Assembly: GCA_951406725.2 (NCBI GenBank)
Contig: OX597823.1
Coordinates: forward strand, 41,664,001-41,728,000
From: Octopus vulgaris
Taxonomy: Eukaryota
Direction of reading: 5' to 3'
Length of the DNA: 64,000 nt
Positions 40,180-53,353 of this stretch are shown here, piece by piece. The notes under the pieces were generated by a model. That model was not told the origin of the DNA. It was given only the letters and a program-made list of their open reading frames with translations, and did no database searches. Made by a program: the position numbers and the translations under genes. Each line of letters starts with the position of its first letter. The stretch's first letter is position 1.

Positions 40180-40427
40180 ATGGCCTCCGTGCCGTGGCAC
40201 GTAAAAAGCACCATCCGATCGTGGCCGTTTGCCAGCTTCATCTGGCACATAAAAAGCACCCACTACACTCATGAAGTGGTTGGTGTTAGGAAGGGCATCC
40301 AGCCATAGAAACATTGCCAGATCAGACTGGGTCTGGTGCAGCCTTCTGGCTTCCTAGACCTCAGTTGAACCATCCAGCCTATGCCAGCATGGAAAGCGGA
40401 CGCTAAACGATGATGATGGTGATGATG
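40180..40427 (+). mobile_element. RTE-type 3' UTR/tail fragment
   Basis: ggcacgtaaaaagcacc...gttaggaagggcatccagccatagaaac...gcatggaaagcggacgctaaacgatgatgat. Confidence 0.85.
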
Positions 40428-41828
40428 GCTTAATAGAATCATCACAGCATTGAAAAAATTGTGTCTTGTGGTATTTGTTTCAGCCCTTTATTCTCTGTGT
40501 TCAAATCCCACCTAGGTTAACTTTATCTTTCATATTTCAAAATAAGGTAGCAGGCAACCAACATTTTTATCATATCATCACATCCCTTGGCAAAATACTG
40601 TTTTGTAGTTATACAACCATAATGACTGTTTAAAAGTAATCAGCTTTGTTTGTTATTCTTTGGAATTAAATAAATTTCATAAAAAGTATGTCTACTTGCT
40701 CTTCTGTGTCTCTTCTTCTTTCTAGCTTTGCTCTATTCATGCCACTGAGGTTGCAAAAATTATGTCGTTTTGCCTAAATCATCTTTTCCAGACGCAATGA
40801 CTTATAAAAATTACTGTCACTGATATAATGGCATTGGATTATTCAGTACCATTTCTCCTTATATTATTAGATTAGTGTCCACAATCATAACTATCCTCAT
40901 CAGTCATTGTGATCACCATCATCTTTATCAGCACCATTGTCATTGTCATCATCATCATCTTTAACATCAACTAAATCATTATTGTCCATCTCCCCCGTTC
41001 CCTCATCATCAGCATCATCATTGTTGTCATCATCATTAACATCTCTATCATCATCCTTCTCCTTATTGTTATCACTGCTGTTGTTGTAATCATCATCTCT
41101 GTGATTCCCTTCTTTTTTCTCGTTACCATCATCATAAGCACCGATATCATCATCATCATCATCGTCTCTCACTACAAGCAGCAGCAGCAGCATTGTTGTT
41201 ATTGCCATCATCGTCATTAGCATCATCATCATCATTACCATCAATACCGCCATTCCCTTCCTCCTCTTCTTTCTCTGTCTCCTCCTCCTCATCATATGGG
41301 GTATAATTTTTGCTTATATCATTACCTTAAAGATATTCACTATCTCCTTTACATAACCACCTACACATTGGTCTACAACACAGGCCATAAGCAAAGTAGA
41401 CTTTGGTTTGTGTTGATGTAAAAATTTATAACCTTAATAACAATGTCAGACTTCGGAGTTGTAAAAATTTGACAATATGTCATTGTGAACAAAGATTGTA
41501 AAATACATGTTTTAGACCCACAGATAGGAGTCTTTCACCATTATCATTTAATACCTTAGAGAACTGCATATGTAGCTATACATTATAAACCTCTCTCTTA
41601 AATCTGTGCTGGTTTGCTTGATAAATGAAACCTCATTATTAGTGCTAGAGTTATAAAAGATGGTGCAGCAGCTAGGAATTAGTAGAGCACTGTACTAAAC
41701 AGCTGAGAGTATTGTTATTGTTGAGATACAGGATGGCTTGATCAAGCAGACTGATGGTCTGTAGCATTCAAGCTATGACCATCTAGATCTTTATATTATT
41801 ATACATATATTTATGTGTGCACATGTAT

Positions 41829-41891
<63 letters not shown>

Positions 41892-41932
41892 TATATGCAT
41901 GCTTATATGTATGTGTGTGTATGTATATATAT

Positions 41933-41999
<67 letters not shown>

Positions 42000-42009
42000 T
42001 ATATATATA

Positions 42010-42290
42010 AGAATTTTTTGCGTAATGATATAAAAACCAAGGCTGTGTAGATATTAGGACATTTATAGATAGACGGTCTTACAGCTGTTTCCAAGATATT
42101 AATTATATCCCTTCACTGGAGACGGTGTGAGAGGATGGTTAAGTAATAGTTAATTTAGATAGGATACAAAATAGAGAGTGAGGTGGAGGAAAGAAACTAG
42201 ATGTAAGATATGTAGGGATATTGAAGTTTTAGATCCATTTTTTGGGGCAGAATGGTATACATGTAAGATTCCAATACCTTATGAGTAAAA
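42010..42290 (-). mobile_element. PLE-like terminal fragment with degenerate hammerhead (42076-42123)
   Basis: Minus: gtct CCAGTGA a gggata-taattaa-tatctt g GAAA cagctg TA agac. Stems pair but the first core strand is mutated. Confidence 0.55.
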
Positions 42291-42329
42291 TCCAACAGAA
42301 TACACACACACACTCACTTATATGTACAG

Positions 42330-42750
42330 GTACATGTGTGAGTGATAAGAAGTTTGCTTCCCAACCACATTGGTCTACGTTCAATCCCACAGTGTGGAAC
42401 TTTGGGCATCTTCAACTATAACCCCGGGCTGACCAAAGCGTTGTCAGTAGAGTTGGTAAACGAAAACTCAATGAAACTCATCACATATATATGTATACAT
42501 ATAAATGTGTGTATGTTTAATGTATCTTTGCCTTGACATTGCATGATAGCTGCAAATGAGCGTCACTGTCATTTAAGCAGTGTGTTTCATTTTTGTAATC
42601 TACTGTGAAAATGTCTGGTCATTGGAAAATGTTGCTTTACTTGGAAACAGTGAGGGCTGGCAACAAGGACATCTGACCGAGGAAAAATATGCCTCACCGT
42701 TCATCCAACCCACACAAACTTGGAAGTGTGGATGTTAAAACAATGATGAT
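42330..42750 (+). mobile_element. CORE-SINE family B head joined to an RTE-type tail
   Basis: Head aagaagtttgcttcccaaccacat...cccacagtgtggaactttgggc, ending ggatgttaaaacaatgatgat. Similar layout at about 55575-55925. Confidence 0.65.
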
Positions 42751-43633
42751 AATGTACATATATGTGTGTGTGAGTGTGTTTCTCACTCTCTCTCTCTCTA
42801 TATATATATAGATAATAAAGGTGGGTATATATTATATCAGGTCTTCCCATAAATTCTGTTTGAATTTTAAATAATGAAAACAAGTGATCAAATGTTATAT
42901 TTATTTGAAATTTAATCATCAATGTACTCGGTAATTTAAGCTGAGAAATAAACCAAGGAAACAATATAATTTAGATCAACTGAATAGGGCAGTTTCAATC
43001 AAAATAAATGGCTAACTTTAACCATTTTACATTGAATAGAAAAGATAGGAACATGGTAATTGTTGACTTTGCAAATGTATTCACTATTGGCTATAGGTCT
43101 GAACAATGGCAAATGCTCAGAAAATACAGTTGCCATGAGAAATTCACCTCCATGAGGGAGTTCTCACACAATGGAATTATAGCAAGGGTCAACAGTAATG
43201 GAGACATAGCATAATTTGCAGCAATAAACAGTGTTAAATAGGGTTTTATACTAGCAGCTGGAGTGTTCCATTTATTTTTTATATCAATGCTGCAGGCTGC
43301 CTTCTATTATCTTGGGAATGGAGTTTATATAAATTCCTGCCAAACTGCAGATCACTTCAGCATTGTGCATTTTAGAGAAAAATAATAAGACCCATTCAGA
43401 TTCTTACAAAAGGAACACTGTAAACAGTTTACAATGTGTTAGGTATGCACATATCATAATACTTACGGTGGGTTGTGAATTCATTCTCCATTGTAAAAAA
43501 AAATATTTTGGTCATCTCAAAATATACATCATAAAGATAGCAGTAGTACTGCAGACCATCTCTGTCAGTACACAAAGAAAGAACCATAATTGATGGCATC
43601 AATCCAAAACTATACAATATATGTATATATATA

Positions 43634-43830
43634 TGTCACTAAAGCGACTAAGGGCACCAGTGAACACCAGTATTGCTAGAAATAAGAGTTAAATCAATTC
43701 ATAGCCACAAGAAGCGCTTATCTTAATGACTGACAAAGGAGGATAAGTGCTTCTTGTAGCTATGAGTTGTTTTAACTTTTATTTCTAGCAATACTGGTGC
43801 CGAATAGTGGTCTCTGTCATTTTAGTGATG
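43634..43830. mobile_element. ~195-bp hairpin element related to the 33725 arms
   Basis: caccagtattgctagaaataagagttaaa..tcatagccacaagaagcgcttatc pairs with gataagtgcttcttgtagctatga..tttaacttttatttctagcaatactggtg. Confidence 0.85.
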
Positions 43831-43986
43831 TATATATTTCTGCCTTTCAGCTGTATAATTGCGAACAAGCCACCCTTATTATTTGTAATTTTCACTTTCA
43901 CCATTCAGGAAATCAGTGTAAGTTTTCTACAATAATCTTATAAACTGACAAGGGAAATTAAGTTTAACCGAAGGTGCAAGGTGAAA

Positions 43987-44032
43987 GTCACTGACGAACT
44001 TTAATACAAATGTGAAATCACTGTGATCTGGT
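43987..44032 (+). ncRNA. Hammerhead-like motif, core intact, weak stems
   Basis: gtca CTGACGA actttaatacaaatgt GAAA tca-ctg-tga TC tggt. Stem III 4 bp, stem II bulged, stem I includes two G-U pairs. Confidence 0.4.
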
Positions 44033-44246
44033 TCTGCTCACACACACACACACACACATATATATGCATACATGCACACAAATATGAAATAGAAGCAGTG
44101 GTTTTGAAATAAATATTAATCATACATGCTTAATGCATATGCTTTGTTTATTTGCTGGTAGACTGCAACCTGGCATGGTGGAGATGATTCTCTCAAAGTA
44201 CTGGGTGTTAAAACACCTGAAAGTCATGGACAAGTGAGAGAACCCA

Positions 44247-44286
<40 letters not shown>

Positions 44287-44289
<3 letters not shown>

Positions 44290-44605
44290 TCATCATTATC
44301 ATCATCGTTTAATGTCCGTTTTCCATGCATGCAAGGGTAGGATGGTTGACAGGAGCTGTTCAGGTAGATGCCTACCCAAGGCTACTGTGTCTGTTTTGGC
44401 TGGATTTTTATAGCCAGATGCCCTACTAACACCAACTACTCTGTAGAGTGGACTCAGTGCTTTTTACATGGCACTAGCACAGGTGAGGTTAGTTTCAGCA
44501 TGGTTTTCACAGCTGGATGCTCCTCCAAATGCCAACCACTTTACAGTGTGGACTGGATGCTTTTTACATGGCACTGGCAAGGTCACCCAGTAACTTGCAA
44601 GACAA
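44287..44605 (-). mobile_element. RTE-type tail fragment
   Basis: Collinear with 8612-8935, including the internal duplication of gctggatgc..cc..a...ccaaccact. Confidence 0.8.
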
Positions 44606-46544
44606 GTAATTATATATATAGGTAGATCAGTATATTGAAAAACATGCATTGATACTAACATACAAAGGAGAGCTGCACAGGCAAGCTCCTTTTTGTGTAT
44701 CTGAAACTTTGACTATTCAACAAGCATGAATCAGGAAAATCCCAAAGCAAGACATAGTTCCAAACATAAAGGTATTAAGGTGAGTAGGCTTACCAAGTTT
44801 GGAAAGTTTCCTCACCAGGAAAAAATCTTTTGGTGGATGGGGTATGTTACGTGAATGTCTTCTGAAGGACTGCACAAGAAAAATTTTATATTTCCAACCA
44901 CCTGTCGAGAAGTAAAAAAAATAAATAAATAAATAAAAATAAAGCAAGAACAAAAAACGATGTGTTTGACTTTGCCCACTATCTAAGACATTGTAAAAAG
45001 ATAACTGAAAAACAAAAAAAAAGGTGTATTTAATATTCTGAACATTCAGAACACTCTCGGAAATTGTACCTGAAAGTTGGTGGCTAAATAAGATAAGATT
45101 AAAACAGTCATTATTGCTAGTGATCATTACAGAGAGAGAGAGAGAGAAAGAATGAGAGAGAGAGAAAATTCTCTATCTGTACATATGTTGCATTTATTCA
45201 TGTATGCAAATAAATTAATGCATATATGTGCACATATATATATATATGTATATATATATATGTGTATATATATATACGTATATACATAAATGTCACTGCT
45301 AGCATTTTCCTAACAACATAGCTATTCTTGACAGATAATAAATGTAAAAGAAGCTAGAATTATTGTGTCCTACACACAGGCATTAAAATACTTGAACTCA
45401 TAACCCAGGAGTTGGTAACTCTATACATTAAACAACTGTTTGTGCCTATAAATTGACCATACATACATACATACATACATACACACACACATACACACAC
45501 ATACATACGTACGTACATATAAATATGTATGCATTTATGATAGATGTCAAAGAGGGAAGGAGAGAGAGTAAGAGGAGAACAGGAATTTTGTGTTTGGGTT
45601 GTGATGGTTGTCGAGAGGGGAAGAAAGATCTAATGCCACTGGATATAACTTCTTGTTCTTTTTTTTTGTTTTATAAACTACTGACTCTCACTCACTCCCT
45701 CGACTAAATAGCATCTCTGAAAACAACATGAACAACAACAAACAATTCAGTAAAGGAACTCCAATGATTTGGAGTAATCCAATCATGTGTACTCATGTTT
45801 CTGGAATTAGGACAGCACATATCATTGGAAAAGACAGCCATCATTGTCTTCAAATATTGTGATATCCTCTCCACCCCCTCCTCTTCCTCTCCATCCTCCT
45901 CCCCTCTCTTCTTCTTTTTCTCTCGCTCTCTCTTTCTCTCTCTCATCATGCTCTCAACTACTTGTCTTTGTCTGCAATCAATCAAAAAGATGGCCAATTA
46001 TTCATTAATACATAAATCTATATAGAATCGTGGATATGTCAATCTGTCATCAGTCTAATACCATTTAACATATACATCAGATATAGCTGACTTTTCGCTG
46101 CACTATGTAACTGTCTGTGATGATATTTATTATTACTGTTTGTTGTTGATATTTATTTTTCTTTGATGTTATTATTTTTACCTGATATCACTCAGTTGAT
46201 CACCCATCCAGCTTTGCTATAAACAATCTCTCTCTCCCTCACTTTCTTTCTCTCTCTCTGCTTCTCCCCTCGAACTCCATCTTACTAATTTGATTCCTCT
46301 TGTAGTAGTTGAGTCTCTTAAACTGATTAGATGGTTGCAATTGAAAGAATAAATTTGGTGGCTTTGTTCATCCAGTCTACCTGGACCCATGCCTAAATAC
46401 TCACCAGACAAAACATGTATATTGCCATATCAAGATAAAATTAAATTAAAGAAAACTATTGTGTATTGTTTGTGTGGTAAGAAGTTGGCTTCTTGGCCAC
46501 ATGGTTCTAAATTCAGTGTCTTAATATATAAACAGAGAGGTGGT

Positions 46545-46880
46545 CTTGCCAAGCTGGAAGGGAATGTTACTTGATATGGTAGCTCAGGGATCAGGGAGTC
46601 TCTCAGGGCTGAACTGCAATTTCTCCAATTGAGAGGTTACAGCTCTGGTTCTATGGATAAGAGATGAGAATGTTGCAAGAAAGAATCACAAGATGGATTC
46701 TTCAAGCTGAGTCAACCAGCAAGAGACCTGTGGGTAGAGCAAGAATACATTGGTTTTATAATATCCATAGTCCTAGTTGGTAGCACTTGGATATCCAACC
46801 AGAAAGTGTAATGACAGTTATTTCTAATAGCACCCTTTGGAGGAAATATCTGAGGGCTCTGCTACTATGACCCTTCGAGG
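46545..46880 (+). mobile_element. RTE-type ORF C-terminal remnant (different family)
   Basis: IRESLRAELQFL...LWFYG*..RMLQERITRWILQAESTSKRPVGRARIHW...NSTLWRKYL, with the RPxGR and W motifs. Confidence 0.7.
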
Positions 46881-46926
46881 CATACTAGGCAAAAAATTTG
46901 GATGGATGGATTGATATACATCTCTA

Positions 46927-47008
<82 letters not shown>
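46927..47008. repeat. (TC)9(TA)23(GA)9 perfect palindrome
   Basis: Self-complementary compound microsatellite, 82 bp. Confidence 0.9.
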
Positions 47009-47012
<4 letters not shown>

Positions 47013-47359
47013 AAGATTGATAGGTAGATAGAAAGATAATCAGTTGTAATATCAATAAGCAATAATGTATGAAACTTTAATTCACAAACTTAATGTCAAA
47101 GCCAATTAAAAATATATATAGATGTACATGACCACATGAGTTCAGGCAGCACAAAAATAGTGCTCAGTACATGGTGTATTAGGAATTGTATCAGCCATAG
47201 AAATCATGTAGCTTGATGTCTTTGTACTTGTTGGATCCTGTTAAGCCATCCATGCTAGCATTGAACATAGACATTAGATAATGATGATGGCATACATACC
47301 TACATAACACAAAAACATATATATATCTTTAGTCTTGTGACACACAAACATAAATATAT

Positions 47360-48212
47360 GTTTAGTCTTGAAAGCCTTTTGTAACTGCTTCAGTAATTTG
47401 GTGCTGTACTTTCCACTAATAGTGTGGCTCTTTTGAAGATAGTTAATAAATACGATGCTTTTTACATCCCAAAACACTGAGATCATCACCTTCCTTGCAG
47501 ATCAGAGGACTTCGGCCTTCTTTAGAACAGGTGAGGGGTGTTTTCGCTGCATGGATTGTCTCTTTGTCTCTGGTACAAAATGATGAATCCACGCCCATCC
47601 TGGGTTAGGAAAGATTCAAAGAAATCATTTGGATCTACCTCAAAGAATGCCAGACTTTCTTGCGCTGTGATCAGCTTGGTGTGATTTTAATCAGTTGTCA
47701 GATGACATGGCACCCACCAAGCAGAAAAGTTTGTCATACCAAGTTCATTGTGTGAAATATTTTCAACTCTCTCACAGGATATGCTAGTAGCATTGGCAAT
47801 TTAATTTATTGTCTCTTGCTTGTCATCCATTTGTATAAGGTGAACACAACCAATGTTTTCCTCCGTGGTGGCAGTTGCAGGACGTCCAGAACTTCAGTCA
47901 TCTCCCAGACTCTTCCTTCCCCTCCTAAATTCAGCTGCCCACTTTTGCAGTGTTGATAAAACTGGAGCATCATTCCCTAATGTAGCAACCATGTCAACAT
48001 GAATGTCCTTGGGAGCTAAACTCTTTTTCTGGGGGTATTTGAAAATTTTATCCATTTTCAAGAGAAGTCACTACTAGTTACTTTCAAAGCCTTCTTTGAA
48101 TAGTCAGATGTCTCTTTACTTGGAAAGAAAGAAAGTCGTTATTAATAAGAAGGGCTGAAATTAATGAAGAAATCACAACTCTGGCATCATTCCATAGTCA
48201 GCCCAACCTCAT
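47360..48212 (-). mobile_element. Mariner transposase pseudogene with one decayed end
   Basis: From ATG at 48055: MDKI..QKKSLAPKDIHVDMVATLGNDAPVLSTLQKWAAEFRRGRKSLGDD*SSGRPATATTEENI...RWVPCHLT...AGKVMISVFWDVKSIVFINYLQKSHTISGKY. Has the HTH and WVP motifs, with stops and frameshifts. Confidence 0.92.
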
Positions 48213-48350
48213 GTGTACATATATACATCAGTATTATGTAAACCTGAAATATAATATATATACCTAATATATGATATATCTATAGCTATATATAATGTGG
48301 TGAGTGAAAGCAAAAAAGAAAGTAGTACTCAATACATTTTGTTGGAGTTA

Positions 48351-48574
48351 CTCTTTTACTTGTTTCAGTCATTTGACTGCGGCCATGCTGGAGCACCGCC
48401 TTTAATCAAGCAACTCGACTCCAGGACTTATTCTTTTGTAAGCCCAGTACTTATTCTATCGGTCTCTTTTTGCCGAACCGCTAAGTAACAGGGACATAAA
48501 CACACCAGCATCGGTTGTCAAGCAATGCTAGGGGGACAAACACAGACACACAAACCACACAAACACACACACGC

Positions 48575-48607
<33 letters not shown>

Positions 48608-48819
48608 TACAACGGGCTTCTTTCAGTTTCCGTCTACCAAATCCACTCACAAAGCTTTGGTTGGCCCGAGGCTATAGTAGAAGACACTTGCCCAAGGTGC
48701 CACGCAGTGGGACTGAACCCAGAACCATGTGGTTGGTAGACAAGCTACTTACCACACAGCCACTCCTGCACCTACCACACACCCACTCCTGTGCCTACCA
48801 CACAGCCACTCCTGCACCT
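48351..48819 (-). mobile_element. Young full-length CORE-SINE family B (OR2-like) with triplicated 5' end
   Basis: A-box-like gtggctgtgtggta, B-box-like ggttcagtccc, CORE-like gtggcaccttgggcaagtgtctt, tail tgactgaaacaagtaaaagag. Flanked by an 82-bp direct repeat. Confidence 0.93.
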
Positions 48820-48990
48820 AGATATGATATATCTATAGCTATATATAATGTGGTGAGTGAAAACAAAAAAGAAAGTAGTACTCAATACATTTTGTTGGAG
48901 TTATGTATATTTAATAACAATTTGACTCAGTTCCACATTATTTTAAGTTTTGTGGGTGTAAGATACATCCATCTGTTAAACTGTTTAAAA

Positions 48991-49031
<41 letters not shown>

Positions 49032-49456
49032 TATCTATGTGTGTGTGTATGGAAACACATACAAAAACATATACGTTTCTAGTCTTTTGTGAACTCTATA
49101 ATTTCCATTAATAAATAAAAATAGCAACAATATTTTTCAAACAGAAAATGTGAAACTTGCACCCACACACATACTCACAAACATATTTACACACACACAC
49201 ACACACACATGTCATTGCTGTGGGTGTTTTGCTTGACTAAATTAAGGTGTTATATTGGGAGTAGAATAAGAAAATCACCAACTCAAAATCAATAGAACTG
49301 CACTAAGTAATTACTGTTTTATAAAGCCTTTTACGTTTTTTTTTTTTTAAATCTAAATTTGATTTCTTTTCTATTTCATTATTTTGAAATATTTATTTAT
49401 TTATATAGCTTTTTGTATTTCGTTACTTTTTGGGGTTGTATTTACTTTACTTTATC

Positions 49457-49520
<64 letters not shown>

Positions 49521-52075
49521 TTATGTTTGTGCTGTTGCATATGCAATTATTTGTTCCTGATGTTAGGAATCTTATTTTTCTATTCCGTTGCTGCTGCAAC
49601 GGTTTTTACATGCGGGGTTTTATTTTTGTTCTCATATTTTTGTATTTTGCTACCTTTTTTTTTTGTCGTAATTTTTGGCATGGTTGTTGTTACCATGATT
49701 TCATCTGCATATATATTATCACATGGGCATAAGTATGTATGTATATGTGTGTGTGTTTGTGCGTGTGTGTGTGTTCAATGGAAGGAAGAAAGCAGAGGAG
49801 AAAATAATGAAAGTGAACGAAACATTTATCAGTGGGATTACATTTCAAACCAATCATAATCAGGTGGCTGTCAGTGATGGTTGTCACACTCTTATTGCCT
49901 GCAAACTGTCTCGTTTGATTGTCTAAAGTGGCAAATCTGATGCATTTTAACTGCCAGCAGATTGCACATCAGCGACTCTTCACACTAACCACACACACTG
50001 AAGCACATTGATTTCAATTAAAATGCACTTCAGTTGCACACCAACACACACTTGATGAGACTGACTTTAACTGTGATGCATAGAAAAATACACTAACTGC
50101 TGCTGTTTAGATAACTCTTCTGCTGCACTTCTGCTCCAATCCAATTTAATTACACTTCAATTTCTACGTTTCAAAACACTTCCGCCACATCAAAAAAAAA
50201 ACTACATTGACTGCACCTCTGTTAATTTCATCTACTAATTAATGATACTTGTGCAATAAATCAGCAACATTTTAACGACATATCAAATGTCTTTTATTGC
50301 ATTTATACAACAAGCAGTTTATACATCTCCACTATGTTCCACTAACTATATTGTTGTGCTTTGAAAGCTTTTATCTTATATATTGAGTGAAATTGGGTAG
50401 AGAGAAATTACATAGAATCACATCAGATGGATTGTACTTTTGATTTAAAGATCCAGCCTTGTCACGTTGTGTTGTGCTAATTCCACTGAAGAATTACATT
50501 AAGGGTACATACGTCTGTGGAATGTTGGGTTGTTTATATGCGAATATAATGAGCAGGAAGTATGGTTGATCAAACATCTTAAGGCCCATCATTGCAACTG
50601 ATGAAGATCTATATACTTTACAATTTTAATTCATCAATGGTGCTACTTCATTTTAACAGAAGTGTGACAATTATTTCAACTCTACTTTTACAGCACTGTC
50701 AGCAGTCTTTACTTACCAATATTATTTCAGCTACTCTTAACTTAGGCTCCAACTGCATTTAAGAACCAATGAAGCAGCTGTTCTTCCTTGATCATGATAG
50801 AAACATTGTTAGGAGAAGCGCTTAGTGCTGATCATGACATATGACCACTAAAGAAATTGCATTTGAAAGCATTGACTCAAAATTTATGTATAAGTTCTTA
50901 TGTATGTGCGTGTGTGCATGCGTGCATGCTTGCATGTGGTGTGCATGCATGTGTGCTTGAGCTAGTGTATGTATTTGTGTAAATTTAGCTGTGTTCTTTA
51001 TGAAATTACTTCTGGGCTAAAGTTAACAAAGGCATTTCAAAGATAATTTTCTTTCATTTTTATTTTTGCGTCACTGAATCATTAACGCAGAAGTACAGCC
51101 AGTGGTATTATGTTTAGTAATCAGGTTTTGAAAACTCTCATGTAAATGAAATTCAGATAAAAGTAATAGATAATTCAATTAAAGAAAAATTTAGAGGCAT
51201 TTTTGAACCATAAAAATTAATGGCTGTTTGTGTTAATAGTGTCTTCATAGAGTTTAGTCTAATAATTAGCATAACGAGAACAATATATTACCAACATGAT
51301 TACTATATATATATAACATAAAAAAATTAAATGATACATTTTTCAAAATCTTAATGATTATATTAATAAATATAGTATATGCAAATAAAAGCTGACTTGT
51401 GAATAGATAAACTAATAAATCATATGACCAAAAATTAATGTTCTGGATGATGGTGCTCAAATATCTTTTATTAGGTTATCAAGGTGAAAAAGTATTTAAG
51501 CAGCTTTAATATGTTCAGAAATCCTCACTGAACCAACATTGTTAGCTCTGTCTTAATCACACAATTCTATTTGTTAGCAATGAACTCTCTAAATTTAGTA
51601 GCAGAGATATGGATTAAAAAAAATCTTCTGTCCAGACAGGGTCTTTTGAAATGAAGATATCAAGGATTAGAAATTGCATTTTAATTATCTCTTTTGATTT
51701 TTGCCAAGTATTTTTCCTCAGTGCATTGAACTAATTTTCTTTTTCTTAAATCTAATCCATGATTAGACTGATAATCCTGAATAAAATTTGGATAGATATT
51801 TGGCATTAGGAAGGGCATCTAACTCTAGAGACCATACCAAAGCAGACACTGGAACATAATGCATTCCTTAGACCCACTGGATCCTGTGAAACTGTCCAGC
51901 CTCTGCCAATATGGAACACGTATTAAATGAAGATGATGATGGTAGCAGTAGTGGGGGTGATGAAAAGGAAGATATGTGAATAATTATTTCATTTACAAAC
52001 ACTCCTTTATGTGCTCTAAAACAAAGCCTACTTTCTATGCAAAGAATCTCATGTCCTAAATCTGGCTGCTATACT

Positions 52076-52283
52076 GGTTTCAAATTTTGGTGCAAAGCTA
52101 GCAAATTCGAGAGAAGGGGGTAAGTTGATTACATTGACCCCAGTGCTTAACTATTTCATTGATCTGGAAAGGATGAAAGGTAAAGTCAACCTCAGTGGAA
52201 TTTAGACTCAAAGTGCAAAGAGGGACATAATGTCGTCAAGCATTTTTCCCAGCATGCTAAATATTCTACCACCTCACCACCTT
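52076..52283 (-). mobile_element. SINE family A
   Basis: gaaaggatgaaaggtaaagtcaacctcagtggaattt...cacctcaccacctt. Confidence 0.8.
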
Positions 52284-52399
52284 AAATTTAGCGGCAATAT
52301 TAGACTCCTCTGTACAAAGTTATTTTTATGTTTAATTGAACTCTAAACAATGACACAACTCTGACTCTAAACTAATAAAATCTTGCAACATCTTTCTAC

Positions 52400-52720
52400 C
52401 AACTCATACCAGATGAACTTGCTTTCCTCCTATCTTCTTTCTCCCTTCCTATACATTTATTCCCCAGACCTACATAAACCAAACCTAATTGTCATTTCAT
52501 ATAGCTTCATCTACCCCAGAAAACCACTTTCCCAAAGACTATATATACAACCAAATGGAATCCAAGTGTAGTACAGTCTGATGAAACTAGCAAGCTGAAA
52601 CTTTGAAACACAGTCACCCCTCTTCTTGGAAAAGTTTACAAATGATGCACTCTACTACAAGTATTGAGTAATCTTTCAGTTTAATGCTAAATTGTTTTTA
52701 TAAATAACTTGACATAAAAC
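52400..52720 (+). mobile_element. PLE-like terminal fragment with decayed hammerhead (52572-52617)
   Basis: acagt CTGATGA aactagcaagct GAAAC tttgaa... Downstream gtattgagtaatctttca matches the reverse complement of about 20840-20857. Confidence 0.5.
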
Positions 52721-52763
52721 CCTAACTTCAATGTATACACATACAAACACACATACACAAATT

Positions 52764-53085
52764 CATGCTTGGCCTAGTAGTTAAGTGTTGAGCTCGCTCA
52801 TGATTAAGAAGTTGTAGATTTGATTCTTGGACCGACCTACTGATTATGCCCTGGAGAAAGGCACTTTATTAAATGTTGCTCTGATCAACTCAACTGGAAA
52901 TGAGGAGCTACTAAGTGCTGGTACCGCCTTCTTTGCCTCCAGCTGTAAACATTCTCAATGTTCTGTTTGGTGTAGGATGAGAGGACTGAGAGAGAATCTA
53001 TATCTGCTCATGACTGCATAGGCTTCTAAACAATTAGTGAAAGCATGGCACATACTGTCGAGTCGTATGCATTTGCATTTGATGG
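52764..53085 (+). mobile_element. tRNA-derived CORE-type SINE
   Basis: Head tggcctagtagttaagtgttg...gatttgattc, then ccctggagaaaggcacttta. Confidence 0.55.
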
Positions 53086-53156
53086 CTATAGTTTTATATA
53101 TACACACACACACACATATATATAGGCGAACGCATAGCAGAGTGCATTATATATAT

Positions 53157-53319
53157 AGGTGCAGGAGTGGTTGTGGGGTAAGAAACTTGCTTCCCAACCT
53201 CATGGTTCTGGGTTCAGTCTCACTGTGTGGAACCTTGGGCTAGTGTCTTCTACTATAGCCTTGGGCTGGCCAAAGCCTTGTGAGTGGATTTGATAGACAG
53301 AAACTGAAAGAAGCCCGTC

Positions 53320-53353
<34 letters not shown>

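Noticed and set aside
40900-41295. Asp-rich 131-aa ORF
   Set aside because: It is a degenerate (CAT)n/(GAT)n microsatellite field.
49916-49976. miR-219-like sequence (tgattgtc seed)
   Set aside because: The match is essentially limited to the seed, and the surrounding hairpin has a large internal loop.
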